In this document: positions 13,274 to 24,300 of the stretch, piece by piece
Position numbering within the stretch: position 1 is the first letter of the stretch
How the letters are laid out: the number at the start of each line of letters is the position of its first letter
DNA from: an uncultured bacterium
GTDB lineage: Bacteria > Krumholzibacteriota > Krumholzibacteriia > JACNKJ01
DNA length: 64,000 nucleotides
NCBI GenBank assembly: GCA_963695095.1
Contig: CAVOFT010000001.1
Coordinates: 2,304,001-2,368,000 of the forward strand
Direction of reading: 5' to 3'
Translations under genes and position numbers: made by a program
Notes under the pieces: generated by a model
Told to the model about the DNA's origin: nothing
Seen by the model: only the letters and a program-made list of their open reading frames with translations
The model's database searches: none

Positions 13274-13723
13274 TCAGCGCGCCGCGAGTTGCCTGCCGAT
13301 ACCGCTCAGGCTGCGCAGGGGAATCTCGAGCCGCAGCGACTCGCCGTCGGAGTCGACCTGCACGAGCAACTGCCGGCGCGTCTTGCTCACGATCACGCGC
13401 TCGTCCGCCGACTCGACGCGGACGAACTCGCCTTCCGGACACCTGGCAAGCGCGTTGCAGGCCGCCTTCACGAGCGGGCGCCAGGCCAGCCCGGCGCTGT
13501 CGCAGCTTTCATCCGCGTCGGCGAGCGCGGCCTGGGGCAAGAGGAAGAGGCCGGCCTGGACGAACGCACCTGGAATGATGAGATGCAGAGGCTGGTGCTC
13601 GCTGCCGCTGATGTGCACGTGCAGCGCTCCCGCGCTGAAGAACCAGCCGACGGCGAGGCCGGTGATCAGAACCATCAGCCCAATGCCGCCTGCGAGGGCG
13701 ATGATGAAGGTCTTGCGGGACAT
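13274..13723 (-). CDS. Hypothetical membrane-anchored protein, paralogous to 13739..14287
   Basis: ATG with a GGAG site upstream, N-terminal TM helix, GEFVRVESAD...VDSDGE...IP segment. Confidence 0.75.
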   Translation of the reverse strand: MSRKTFIIALAGGIGLMVLITGLAVGWFFSAGALHVHISGSEHQPLHLIIPGAFVQAGLFLLPQAALADADESCDSAGLAWRPLVKAACNALARCPEGEFVRVESADERVIVSKTRRQLLVQVDSDGESLRLEIPLRSLSGIGRQLAAR

Positions 13724-13738
13724 GGCGGTCTCCTCGGG

Positions 13739-14287
13739 CTAGATGCCCTCCATGCTGGCGTCCACCCATACGCGCACCGTGGACTCGCCGTCATCGACGG
13801 TGACGAGCGCGCCCCCGCGCTTGCCCAGCTCCTCGAGCGCGGCCTTCACGTTCAAGGTCTCGCCATCGCCCTCGAGCATGGCGCGGACGACGGCGACGGG
13901 GATCGCCACCTTGACCGTCTCGCCATCATCGTCGACATCGACGAAGAGCGTGTCCTTCTCCTTGTGGACGCGGATCTGGGCGCCATCCGCCTCCTCGATG
14001 CGCACGAACTCGCCGTCGGCCGACTTCACCGCGGCGGCCAGCACCGCGGTCACCAGCTCGCGGTCGAACTCCTGCTCATCGATGACGAAGCGCCCATGGC
14101 GGTAGTGGTCGCTCTCGGCCGCGTCCAGGAAGGCCGCCACCAGCTCGATCGGCAGATTGACGGCTACCTTGTCCTCGCCGTCGAGGACACGAACGTGGAG
14201 CCAGTGCTCCGTCTCCGCCCCGCTCGCAGCGGCGCCCAGGCCGCTCAGACAGATCAGCGCCAGGGCGCTCAGCAAGACCTTGTGCAT
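13739..14287 (-). CDS. Hypothetical secreted protein
   Basis: GGAGG site, signal peptide, acidic body, GEFVRIEEAD...VDDDGE...IP segment. Confidence 0.8.
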   Translation of the reverse strand: MHKVLLSALALICLSGLGAAASGAETEHWLHVRVLDGEDKVAVNLPIELVAAFLDAAESDHYRHGRFVIDEQEFDRELVTAVLAAAVKSADGEFVRIEEADGAQIRVHKEKDTLFVDVDDDGETVKVAIPVAVVRAMLEGDGETLNVKAALEELGKRGGALVTVDDGESTVRVWVDASMEGI

Positions 14288-14333
14288 CGTCCACCTCCGG
14301 CTGTGCCGGCCCGCCTCGGGCCGACCGCGCCCC

Positions 14334-14358
14334 TACGGCCCCAGCCACCCGGGGTTAC
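14334..14358 (-). promoter_or_regulatory. Candidate ECF sigma promoter
   Basis: Minus strand GTAAC-16 nt-CGTA, about 45 nt upstream of the 14287 start. Confidence 0.5.
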
Positions 14359-14433
14359 GGCTCGGCCCGGAAAGGCCGCGGCCCCCGACCTCAGACGGGG
14401 GCCGCGGCAGGATCCGGCCGAGCGGCAGGCCGC

Positions 14434-17163
14434 CTAGAGATCGGCGGCGCTGATCTCCACGACATCGGTCATGCCCAGCTCGGCGAGCTGCGGCAGCACG
14501 GCTGCGCGGTCGCCCACGATGACGATTTGCAGGGTCTCGGGGTCGAGCTGCTCCCGAGCGCTCCGATTCGCCGTGTCGCGATCGATGGCCTGCACCCGGG
14601 CCACGTAGTCGCTCCACTGGCTGAGCGGCAGCTCGTTCACGAGCAGGTCCGAGAGCTGCGCCGCGATTCCCTCCAGGGTCTCGAAGCGCGCCGGGTAGCC
14701 CTGGACGAGCCGGTTCCTGCACTCGCTGAACTCCTGCTCACCGATGGGCCGCTCCCCGCGGATCTCCCGGATTTCGCGCAGGATCTCGCTGAGCGCCGCC
14801 CCGGTGTACTGGGTGTGCACCGGAGCGCTGCAGCCGAAGGCGCCGGCGGCCTTGAAGCTCTGCAGGAAGCTGTAGCTGCCGTAGGTGTAGCCCTTGTCCT
14901 CGCGCAGGTTCATGTTGATGCGGGCGATGAAGCCGCCCCCCAAGGCCGAGTTCATCACTTCGAAGGGCAAATAGCCGGGATCGGAGCGCTTGGGACCGAG
15001 CTCCCCGACCAGGATCATGCTCTGCTGAGCGCCGGGCCGGTCCACGAGGCAGATGCGCGGACCGGTCGCCGAGTGCGGCGCGGGAATGGCCGCCGCCACC
15101 GGCGGACCCGCCTGCCAGCTGCGGAAGGCGCGGTTCAGCTGGGCGCTGGCCTCGGCCAGGGTGATGTCCCCCACCACGACGATGGCGGCGTTGTTCGGCC
15201 GGTAGTGCGCCGCGTGGAAGGCGCGCAGATCCTCGCGTCCGATGCGGGCGAGGGAGGCCGCCGTGCCCGTGCCCGTCATCGGCTGGGCGTAGGGATGGCC
15301 CTCGCCGAAGAGGCGCTTCTGCATGAGCTTCATCGCCGCCACGCGCGGCTGGCTGTTGTCCTGCTGGATCTGCCCGAGCAGTTGCTGACGCTGGCGCTCC
15401 AGCTCCTCGGCGGGGAAGCTCGCACCGAGCAGGATATCGCTCATCAGCGCGAGACCACCGGTCAGCTCGCGCTTAAGCACGTTGAGCGAGATGCGCGAGC
15501 CGTCGAAGAAGCTCTCGGTGTTGAGGCGGGCCCCGAGCCGGCGGGCCTCCTCGGCAATCGCCAGGGCGTCGCGGCCGGCGGTGCCCTCATCGAGCAGCGC
15601 CGCCGTGAGCGCGGCCGTGCCGGGACGGTCCGCGGGGTCCGCCGTCCAGCCGCTCTTGATGTTCAGGGTCACCTGCACCAGGGGCAGCTCGTGCTTCTCG
15701 ACCAGAAAGAGCTCGAGGCCGTTGGCCAGCGTGGCGCGCTGCAGCGCGGGCGGGCTGAAGCTGACCGGGGCGCCGGGGCCTGGCAACTCGCTGGCCGGGG
15801 CGCCGGCCAGCGCCGGCGCCGGCTTCTGGGCTGACACGACCTCGATCAGAGCCCGCTGCTGGGGACCAAGGTACTCGGCGGCATAGCGCTGCACCGCCGC
15901 CGGCGTCACCGCGAGATGGCGATCCAGATCCCACTGCAGGCGGCCAGGATCGCCGAGGAAGGTATTGTACTTGTTCAGCAGGTCCGCCTTGCCGCCCCAG
16001 GCGCCCACCCGCTGCAGGCTGCGCAGGAAGCGGCCCTCGAAACCGGTCTTGGCCAGCTGGAGCTCGTCCTTGCCGGGACCCTTGGCGCGCAGGGCCGCCA
16101 GCTCCTCGTCGATGACGGTCTCGAGCTGGGCGAGGCTGACGCCGGGGCGGGCGGTCGCCTCGATCATGAACAGGCCGCACAGCTCGCGGCCGTCGACGTA
16201 GGCTTCCACCTCCTGCGCGATCTGCAGCTCGTAGACGAGGCGCTTGTACAGGCGCGAGGTCTTGCCGGTGGCCAGCACGCTGCTGAGCAGCTCCAGCTCG
16301 GCGTCGCCCGGCTGGTAGTCGCCGGGAACGGGCCAGGCCATGATCAGCTTGTCCAGCTCCACGGCGTCCTCGGCGAGCAGGCGCCGCTCGCCATCCAGGC
16401 GGGGCACCCAGGACTCGAGACGATCCACTGCGGGACCGCTGGGGATGCCGGCGAAGTACTTCTCGATCATGGCCTTGGCCTGAGCGGGATCGAAGTCGCC
16501 GGCCACGGCCAGGGAGGCATTGTTGGGCGCGTAGTAGCGGCGGAAGAACTCGGAGACGTCCTCGAGCGAGGCCGCCGAGAGATCCTCCATGCTCCCGATC
16601 ACGGTCCAGGCGTAGGGGTGTCCCTCCGGGAAGATCAGGCCCGGCAACAGGTCCCAGGCCTTGGCGTAGGGCTGGTTGTCCCCCTGCCGCTTCTCGTTCT
16701 TCACGACGTCCTTCTGATTGGCCAGCTTCTCCGCGGTCATCGCGGGCAGCAGGTAGCCCATGCGATCGGCCTCGAGGAAGAGCGCCATCTCGAGCTGATC
16801 GCTGGGCACGTTCTCCCAGTAGTTGGTGCGGTCCTCGGTGGTCGAGCCGTTGACCTGAGCGCCCGCTTTCTCCAGGGGCAGGAAGTAGTCCTCGTCATAG
16901 TGCTGCGAGCCCTGGAACATCATGTGCTCGAACAGGTGCGCGAAGCCGGTGCGGCCCGGCTTTTCGTTCTTGGAGCCCACGTGGTACCAGACGTTCACGC
17001 CGACGATGGGCGTGCTGCGGTCGACATGGAGGATGACGTCCAGCCCGTTGGAGAGCTCGTAGCGCTCGAAGTCGAGCGCAGGCAGTTCGGCGGCCGCAGC
17101 GGGAACGGCGACGCCGGCCAGCGCCAGGGCGAAGCTCGCCGCCAGGAGCAAAGGAGTGCGCAT
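14434..17163 (-). CDS. M16 family zinc protease (two-half PqqL-like), secreted
   Basis: Signal peptide, YHVGSKNE, inverted zinc motif HLFEH, NGSTTEDRTNY, second half with LREDKGYTYG. Confidence 0.93.
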   Translation of the reverse strand: MRTPLLLAASFALALAGVAVPAAAAELPALDFERYELSNGLDVILHVDRSTPIVGVNVWYHVGSKNEKPGRTGFAHLFEHMMFQGSQHYDEDYFLPLEKAGAQVNGSTTEDRTNYWENVPSDQLEMALFLEADRMGYLLPAMTAEKLANQKDVVKNEKRQGDNQPYAKAWDLLPGLIFPEGHPYAWTVIGSMEDLSAASLEDVSEFFRRYYAPNNASLAVAGDFDPAQAKAMIEKYFAGIPSGPAVDRLESWVPRLDGERRLLAEDAVELDKLIMAWPVPGDYQPGDAELELLSSVLATGKTSRLYKRLVYELQIAQEVEAYVDGRELCGLFMIEATARPGVSLAQLETVIDEELAALRAKGPGKDELQLAKTGFEGRFLRSLQRVGAWGGKADLLNKYNTFLGDPGRLQWDLDRHLAVTPAAVQRYAAEYLGPQQRALIEVVSAQKPAPALAGAPASELPGPGAPVSFSPPALQRATLANGLELFLVEKHELPLVQVTLNIKSGWTADPADRPGTAALTAALLDEGTAGRDALAIAEEARRLGARLNTESFFDGSRISLNVLKRELTGGLALMSDILLGASFPAEELERQRQQLLGQIQQDNSQPRVAAMKLMQKRLFGEGHPYAQPMTGTGTAASLARIGREDLRAFHAAHYRPNNAAIVVVGDITLAEASAQLNRAFRSWQAGPPVAAAIPAPHSATGPRICLVDRPGAQQSMILVGELGPKRSDPGYLPFEVMNSALGGGFIARINMNLREDKGYTYGSYSFLQSFKAAGAFGCSAPVHTQYTGAALSEILREIREIRGERPIGEQEFSECRNRLVQGYPARFETLEGIAAQLSDLLVNELPLSQWSDYVARVQAIDRDTANRSAREQLDPETLQIVIVGDRAAVLPQLAELGMTDVVEISAADL

Positions 17164-17277
17164 GAGATGCCTCCGGTTCGAGGGAATGGCGTGAAGATGC
17201 ACCTGCGGCGCTGCCATGGCAAGGAGGCGCCGCGCTCCGGCCTGGGGTCACGGCCGGACTTGGGCTATACTCTCCAC

Positions 17278-18357
17278 ATGCAGGATACAGCTTTTACAGC
17301 GCGGCACTGGCGGCCGCTCGCCGACGGCCGTCTCGAGTGCACGCTCTGCCCGCACCGCTGCCGCTTGGCCGATGGCCAGCGCGGCTTCTGCTTCGTGCGC
17401 GCGCGGCAGGGCGAGCGGCTGATCCTGGACACCTACGGCCGCTCGAGCGGCTTCTGCGTCGATCCCATCGAGAAGAAGCCCCTCTACCACTTCCTGCCCG
17501 GCACGCCGGTGCTCTCCTTCGGCACGGCGGGCTGCAACCTGGCCTGCCGCTTCTGTCAGAACTGGGAGATGAGCAAGGCCCGCGAGACCGATATCCTGGG
17601 CGCGGCGGCGACGCCGGCGGCCATCGCGGCGGCGGCAGTCGAACTCGGCTGTCGCAGCGTCGCCTTCACCTACAACGACCCGGTGATCTTCCTCGAGTAC
17701 GCCGTCGACGTCGCCGCCGCCTGCCGCGAGCGCGGCATCCACCCCGTGGCGGTGACGGCAGGCTACGTCGAGGCCGCGGGCCGGCGGGAGCTCTTCCCGG
17801 CCATGGACGCGGCCAACGTGGACCTCAAGGGCTTCAGCGAGCGCTTCTACCGGCGCCTCACCGGCGGCCGGCTCGGCACCGTGCTCGAGACGCTGGAGTA
17901 CATCGCGCGCGAGACGGAGCTCTGGCTCGAGATCACGACCTTGCTCATCCCCGGCGAGAACGATGGCGACGCGGAGTTGCACGCGCTCTCCGCCTGGATC
18001 CGCGAGCACCTGGGCCCGCAGGTGCCCCTGCACTTCACCGCCTTCCACCCGGACTTCCGCCTGCAAGACCGCCCGCCGACCCCGGCGGCCAGCCTGCGCC
18101 GCGCGCGGGCCATCGCCCGGGGCGAGGGCCTGGCGCAGGTCTACACGGGCAACGTGCTGGATCCCGAAGGGGGCAGCAGCTGGTGCGCCGGCTGCGGGGC
18201 GCTGCTCATCGAGCGGGAGGGCTACCGGCTCGGCCGCTGGGGCCTGGACGCCGCCGGCCGTTGCGCGGCCTGCGGCGATCCGCTCCCCGGCCGCTTCGAG
18301 GCGGCGCCGGGCGCATGGGGAGAGCGGCGCCTGCCGGTGCGGATCGCTGCGCCCTAG
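17278..18357 (+). CDS. amrS: AmmeMemoRadiSam system radical SAM enzyme
   Basis: CTLCPHRC, DPIEKKPLYHFLPG, CNLACRFC, FTYNDP, LHFTAFHP, VYTGNV. Confidence 0.92.
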   Translation: MQDTAFTARHWRPLADGRLECTLCPHRCRLADGQRGFCFVRARQGERLILDTYGRSSGFCVDPIEKKPLYHFLPGTPVLSFGTAGCNLACRFCQNWEMSKARETDILGAAATPAAIAAAAVELGCRSVAFTYNDPVIFLEYAVDVAAACRERGIHPVAVTAGYVEAAGRRELFPAMDAANVDLKGFSERFYRRLTGGRLGTVLETLEYIARETELWLEITTLLIPGENDGDAELHALSAWIREHLGPQVPLHFTAFHPDFRLQDRPPTPAASLRRARAIARGEGLAQVYTGNVLDPEGGSSWCAGCGALLIEREGYRLGRWGLDAAGRCAACGDPLPGRFEAAPGAWGERRLPVRIAAP

Positions 18358-18431
18358 ACTTGCGATTTCGAGCTTGCCCGGCCGCGGCCCCCCTGCGCTA
18401 GACTGGCGCGTTTCCCTCGCCGGAGGTCGCC

Positions 18432-20132
18432 ATGTCGCTCGCCCTGGTGGGGCTGGTCTGCGCGGGGCTCTTCCTGCTCGCCTTCCGCTTCTACGGCCGC
18501 TGGGTCGCCCGCCACTATCAACTCAGCGCCGAGGCGCAGACCCCGGCTGAGCGCTTCGCCGACGGCGTCGACTTCGTGCCCACGCGGCGGCCCATCCTGC
18601 TCGCCCAGCACTTCGCCTCGATCGCGGCGGCAGGCCCCGTGGTGGGTCCGATCACGGCGGGGCTCTACTTCGGCTGGGGTCCGTCCCTGCTCTGGATCGT
18701 CTTCGGCAGCATCTTCATCGGCGCCATCCATGACTTCTCTTCCCTCGTCGCCTCGGTCAAGCACGACGCCAAGAGCATCCCCGAGCTGGCCCGGCAGTAT
18801 CTGGGTCCCCGGGCCTACGCCCTCGTGATGACCTTCATCTGGCTCTCCCTGATCTACGTGGTCATCGCCTTCACCGATGTGACCGCCCAGGCCTTCGTCG
18901 CCAAGGAGACCTGGGGCGGCGCTGTCCACGACATCGGCGGCGGCGTGGCCACCTCGAGCTTCCTCTACCTCCTGCTGTCGGTGCTGCTCGGCGTTGCGCT
19001 CACCAAGTGGCGAACCCCCCTCTGGCTGGCCACGCTGCTCTTCCTGCCGGCTCTCGTGGGCATCATCCTCTGGGGCCAGCGGCTGCCGATCACCTTCGCC
19101 GTGGCCAACCCGGCCCTCGTCTGGGGCGTCATCATCCTCGCCTACTGCGCCGTGGCCTCGGTGCTGCCGATGTGGCTGCTCCTGCAGCCACGCGGCTACC
19201 TGGGCGGCTACTTCCTCTACATCGTCCTCGCCTGCGGCCTGCTCGGCGTCATCTTTGGCGGCTACAAGGCCGAATATCCGGCCTTCCTGGCCTGGCACTC
19301 CGAGCGCCTGGGTTCGCTCTTTCCCTTCCTCTTCATCACCATCGCCTGCGGCGCCTGCTCGGGCTTCCACGGGCTCGTCTGCTCGGGCACCACCTGCAAG
19401 CAGCTCCACCGGGAGACGCATGCGCCGCTGATCGGCTACGGCGGCATGCTCCTGGAGGGCGTGGTGGCCGTGATGGCCCTTTCCACGGTGATGATGTGGC
19501 CGGCCGGTTCGGCGGAACTCGACAAGAGCCCCTCGGAGATCTACGCGGGCGGCATCGCCCACTTCGTCCACGCGGTGCTGGGCCTGCCGCGCGAGCAGGT
19601 GCTCGCCTTCGGCATGCTCGCCTTCACGACCTTCGTCTACGACACCCTCGATGTGGCCACCCGCCTGGGCCGCTATCTCATGGAGGAGCTGCTGGGCCTC
19701 AAGGGTCGCCGCGGCAAGTGGGCGGCCACCGGCCTCACCCTCGGCCTGCCGCTGGGCTATCTCTTCCTGGGCGCCAATCTCCAGGGCGCCCTCGGCGCGG
19801 CCAAGCCGATCTGGCTGGTGGTCTGGCCCCTCTTCGGCTCCTCCAACCAGCTCCTGGCCGGGCTCACCTTCCTGCTGCTGGCGGCCTGGTTTCGGGCGCG
19901 CCGGCGCTGGGCGCCGTGGCTCCTGCTGCCGGGCTTGTTCATGTTCGGAACGACGACGGTGGCCCTCGTGCTGCAGAGCCTCGCCAGCCTGAAGCAGTGC
20001 CTGGCCGGCACGGCGGCGGCCATCGATCTGGTCAACCTCGCCCTCGCCCTCGCGCTGCTGGCGACGGCGCTCGCCTTCCTCGTCCTCTGGCTCCGGCAAC
20101 TGCGACGAGCGCCCCTGGCGCCGGGCGCCTAG
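18432..20132 (+). CDS. cstA: Carbon starvation CstA family transporter
   Basis: DGVDFVPT, HFASIAAAGPVVGP, LPMWLLLQPRGY, FITIACGACSGFH, WPLFGSSNQLLA. Confidence 0.92.
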   Translation: MSLALVGLVCAGLFLLAFRFYGRWVARHYQLSAEAQTPAERFADGVDFVPTRRPILLAQHFASIAAAGPVVGPITAGLYFGWGPSLLWIVFGSIFIGAIHDFSSLVASVKHDAKSIPELARQYLGPRAYALVMTFIWLSLIYVVIAFTDVTAQAFVAKETWGGAVHDIGGGVATSSFLYLLLSVLLGVALTKWRTPLWLATLLFLPALVGIILWGQRLPITFAVANPALVWGVIILAYCAVASVLPMWLLLQPRGYLGGYFLYIVLACGLLGVIFGGYKAEYPAFLAWHSERLGSLFPFLFITIACGACSGFHGLVCSGTTCKQLHRETHAPLIGYGGMLLEGVVAVMALSTVMMWPAGSAELDKSPSEIYAGGIAHFVHAVLGLPREQVLAFGMLAFTTFVYDTLDVATRLGRYLMEELLGLKGRRGKWAATGLTLGLPLGYLFLGANLQGALGAAKPIWLVVWPLFGSSNQLLAGLTFLLLAAWFRARRRWAPWLLLPGLFMFGTTTVALVLQSLASLKQCLAGTAAAIDLVNLALALALLATALAFLVLWLRQLRRAPLAPGA

Positions 20133-21238
20133 AAGGCCTCGCCCAGGGTGATGGCGACGCTGTGCTCGCCCGCCTCGCCGACGCCGTAGTCGAGGCGCAG
20201 CGACAGCCCGCTCGCCGGGTCATAGAGATAGCGCAGGCCGATGCCCGCGCCCAGACGCGCCTGCCCCGGCGTGAGGCGTCCCAGCGCGGGCGCCACATCG
20301 CCGGCGCCGACGAAGAGGGCGCCGCCGAGGCGGCCGATCAGGGCCGGCCGGCGGAGTTCGAGCTGCGCGAGCAGGCGGCTGCGGTCCCGGTAGCGGGCGC
20401 TGGGATAGCCGCGCAGCTCCTCGTCGCCACCGAGCGCCGGCAGCTCGTCGAAGGGGATCTCGCCGCGCGCATCGTCGACGGCGACCTGGGCCGCGATCAC
20501 GAGGCCGGCGCCGGCACTCCAGTAGCCGCGCCCATCGAGGCCGTAGCGCTCGGCGTCCAGATCCCCGCCCAGGGCGCGGCGATGGAGGGTGGCCCCCGCG
20601 CTCAGGTAGAGCCCGTGGCGGGGCTGCCAGGGGCGGTCCCGGCGGTCGTAGACGAGGCGCGGCCCGATGCCGATCCGCAGGAAGGGCCGGCTGCCCACGA
20701 GATCGCCTGCGGCGAGACTGCCGCCCGGCTGCAGGCTGTCCGTCTCCAGCCGCTGCCGGCTGACGGCGCCGGCGAGCCCCAGCTCCCAGCCGCCGCCCAG
20801 GCGACGCAGGTAAGCTAGCTCGGCCACGCTTTCCCGAGGCGTGTAGCGCTCGGCGCTGTCGGCGGCGCGGCCGATGCCGTAGAAGTTGCTCGGAAAGCGG
20901 CGGTACTTGAGACCCCAGACGAGACGGTGGCGGCGGCCGCTCCAGCTGTTGTCGCCGCGCAGGCCGATCAGGAGCTGGTGCTTCTGGCTGTAGAGGGCCG
21001 TCGCGGCGAGCTGGGAGCGACTGCACTCGGGCTCCGCCGCGGGCGCTTCCTCGCCGCTGCAGCCATAGAGCCGCATGAGCACGCCGCCGCCCATCCAGGC
21101 GGTGTCGGTCGAGTAGCCCAGCGCCGGCAGCGCGATCCAGTTGCGCTGCGACTCGGCAGCCCGCGCCCGCGGCGCGACCGCCCCGGCAACGGCGAGGACG
21201 GCGACCGCCAGGGTCCGGCGCTGGTGGCGGCCGAGCAT
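20129..21238 (-). CDS. Omp85/BamA-TamA-like outer-membrane beta-barrel without POTRA domains
   Basis: Signal peptide, YDRRD, LRGYP (loop-6 motif), LRLDYG, terminal GEAF. Confidence 0.8.
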   Translation of the reverse strand: MLGRHQRRTLAVAVLAVAGAVAPRARAAESQRNWIALPALGYSTDTAWMGGGVLMRLYGCSGEEAPAAEPECSRSQLAATALYSQKHQLLIGLRGDNSWSGRRHRLVWGLKYRRFPSNFYGIGRAADSAERYTPRESVAELAYLRRLGGGWELGLAGAVSRQRLETDSLQPGGSLAAGDLVGSRPFLRIGIGPRLVYDRRDRPWQPRHGLYLSAGATLHRRALGGDLDAERYGLDGRGYWSAGAGLVIAAQVAVDDARGEIPFDELPALGGDEELRGYPSARYRDRSRLLAQLELRRPALIGRLGGALFVGAGDVAPALGRLTPGQARLGAGIGLRYLYDPASGLSLRLDYGVGEAGEHSVAITLGEAF

Positions 21239-21393
21239 CTTCAACCTCCGCTTGGATTTCGCTTGAAACACAGGCCTGTCCGGGACAGTAGTCTAGGCCT
21301 TCCCCGGAATCAACCCAGCTCCGGCGCCCCGCGCCCGGCGTCGAGTCCGCCGAGCAGCCACCGTCCGGCCCTCATCCGCCCCTGGAGGCAGCA

Positions 21394-24300
21394 GTGATGA
21401 TACAGCGCACTCCCGGCGACGCGCGTCGCCTTCTCCCCTTCACGCTCTTCGGTCTGCTCGCCCTGCTTGCCGTCATCGGTGCGGCCGCAGGCACTGCCCA
21501 CGCCGCCGGCGGCTACCTGCGCACGCCGGACATCCACGGCGGGACGGTGGTCTTCTGCGCCGAGGGCGACCTCTGGGCCGTCTCGGATCAAGGCGGACTC
21601 GCCCGGCGCCTCAGCTCGCATCCGGGCCTCGAGAGCCTGCCCAGCTTCTCGCCCGACGGCGCCTGGATCGCCTTCAGCGGCCAGTACGACGGCAATCGCG
21701 ACGTGTTCGTGATGCCCGCGGCCGGCGGCGAACCGCGGCGGCTGACCTGGCATCCCGCCTCCGAGGAGGTGCTGGGCTGGAGCCCGGACGGCAAGTTCGT
21801 CCTCTTCCGCTCCCGCGCCGAGATGCCCCACGGCAGCCACGAAGTCTACTCGGTGCCGGCCGCCGGCGGTGAACCCAGCAAGCTGCCCGTGGGTTGGGCG
21901 GCCCGCCTGGCCATCGAGCCCGACAGCGGGCGCTGGGCCTTCAGCCGCCCCTCATCGGAGACCTTCACCTGGAAGCGCTATCGCGGCGGCACGGCCGCCG
22001 AGATCTGGGTGGGCGATCCCCAGCGGGCCGACTTCCGCAAGGTGACCGATTTCCCGGGCTTCGACGCCTATCCGATGTGGCATGGCGGGCGGATCTACTT
22101 CCTCAGCGACCAGGGCGGCACCGCCGATCTCTGGTCGATGCTGCCCGACGGCAGCGACCGCCGGCGGCTCACCGACGAAGGCAACTGGGACGCCCGCTGG
22201 CCGGCGATCGGTCCCGACGGCCGCATCGTCTACATGCTGGCCGGCGGCATCAAGCTCTACGATCCGAGCACGCAGACGAGCCGCGTCATCCCGATCGAGT
22301 TGCCCAGCGAGCGCAGCCTGGCGCGCTCCCGCTACAGCGATGCCGCGCAGTTCCTCTCCGGCTTCAGCCTCGCCCCCGAGGGGGATCGACTGGCCATCGC
22401 CGCGCGCGGCGAGATCTTCGCCCTCCCGGTCGAGGACGGCGTTACCCTGCCTGTCACCCGGGGCAGCGGCGCCCGCGAGGAGTTTCCCGAGTACAGCCCC
22501 GACGGTAAGCGCCTGCTCTACGTCAGCGACGCCGGCGGCGAGGAGGCCATCCACAGCGCGGATGCCTGGGGCCGCGGCGAGGTCAAGATCCTGCGGCCGG
22601 CCGGCGAGCGGGGACATCTCTTCGCGCCCCTCTGGTCGCCGGACGGCAAGTGGATCGCTCTTCGGCGACGAGGCGCAGAATCTCTGGCTGCAGGCCGTCG
22701 CCGGCGGCGAAGCCCTGTGCATCGACAGCAGCGACCGCGGCCCGATCTACGAGTACAGCTTCAGCCCCGACAGCCGCTGGATCGCCTACGCGAAGGTCCT
22801 GCCCAACGACTTCGGCGGCATCTTCATCTACGACACCCAGGAGAAGCTGAGCCGGCGCATCACCAGTCCCTATACCGGCAACGGCTCGCCGGCCTGGGAC
22901 CCCGAGGGCAAGTACCTCTATTTCGTGGGCGGGCGCATGATGAACCCGCTGTTCGGCACCCGTGACTTCACCACTGTCGAGGTGAACAACGACAAGCTGT
23001 ATCTGGTTATTTTGCAGGTAGATGGAGAGAACCCCTTCGCCCATCTCGAAGGCGTACCCCCCAAGGCAGAGGCAAGCGGGAAGGAAGAGAAGGGCGGCAA
23101 GGCGAAGAAGGGCGCCCGCCCGGAGAAGTCCGGCAAGAAGGACAAAGACAAGGAAAAGGAGCAGCCCGAGGATGAGGGTCCCAAGCCCCTGCGCATCGAC
23201 TTCGCGGGCATCGACCAGCGCATGGTCGCTCTGGACGTCCCCGGCGGCCAGTACCGCGGCCTGGAGGCCATCGCCGGCAAGCTGTTCTACCTGAGCACGC
23301 CGCTGACCGGCTGGACCGAGAACCAGGACGAGGAGGACGCGCCCGCCAGCCTGATGGTCTTCGACCTCGAGGACGAAGAGGCCGAGGAGTTCATGGGCGG
23401 CGTGGCTGGCTTTCGGATCGCCGCCAAGGGCGAGAAGATGGTCGTCGCCAAGGGGCCCGGCGAGCTCTACGTCGTCGGCACCGACAGCAAGCCGGACGAT
23501 CTCAGCGAGGCCGGCGTCTCCCTGGCCGGTGTGGTGATCGACCTCGATCCCCGCGAGGAGTGGGCCCAGATCTACCACGAGGCCTGGCGGCGCATGCGCG
23601 ACCGCTACTGGGACGAGAGCATGGCCGGCGTCGACTGGGCGGCCATGCGCGAGCAGTACGCGACCCTGCTGCCCTTGCTCGCCCACCGGGACGACCTCGG
23701 CGATCTGCTCGGCGAGCTGATCGGCGAGCTGAACACCAGCCACACCTACGTCTGGGGCGGCGATCGCGGCGGCGACACGCCGAGCGTCGCGACGGGGCTG
23801 CTCGGCGCCGATCTCGCCCGGGAGGGCACGGCCTACCGCATCGCTCGCCTCTACCGCGGCGACGAGGCCGACGATCTCGCCGCGCCCCTGCTCGCGCCCG
23901 GGGTCAATCTGCGCGAGGGCCAGTACATCCTCGCCGTCAACGGGCTGCCCTTCACGGCCGATCGGCCCTTCCATGCCAGCCTGGAGACGCTCGCCGGCAA
24001 GGACGTGCTGCTCACCGTCGCCGACGACGCGGCCGGCAAGCAGGGTCGCCGCGACGTGGTGGTCACCACTCTGCGCAACGAGCACGATCTGCGCTACGCC
24101 GACTGGGTGCGCCGCAACCGCGAGTGGGTGGATCAGGCCTCGGGCGGCAGCTTCGGCTACGTGCACATCCCCGACATGGGTTACAGCGGCATGACGGCTT
24201 TCGACCGCTGGTACTACCCGCAGCTGGACAGGGAAGGCATGGTCGTCGATTGCCGCTGGAACGGCGGCGGCTTCGTCTCGCAGATCCTGCTCGAGCGCCT

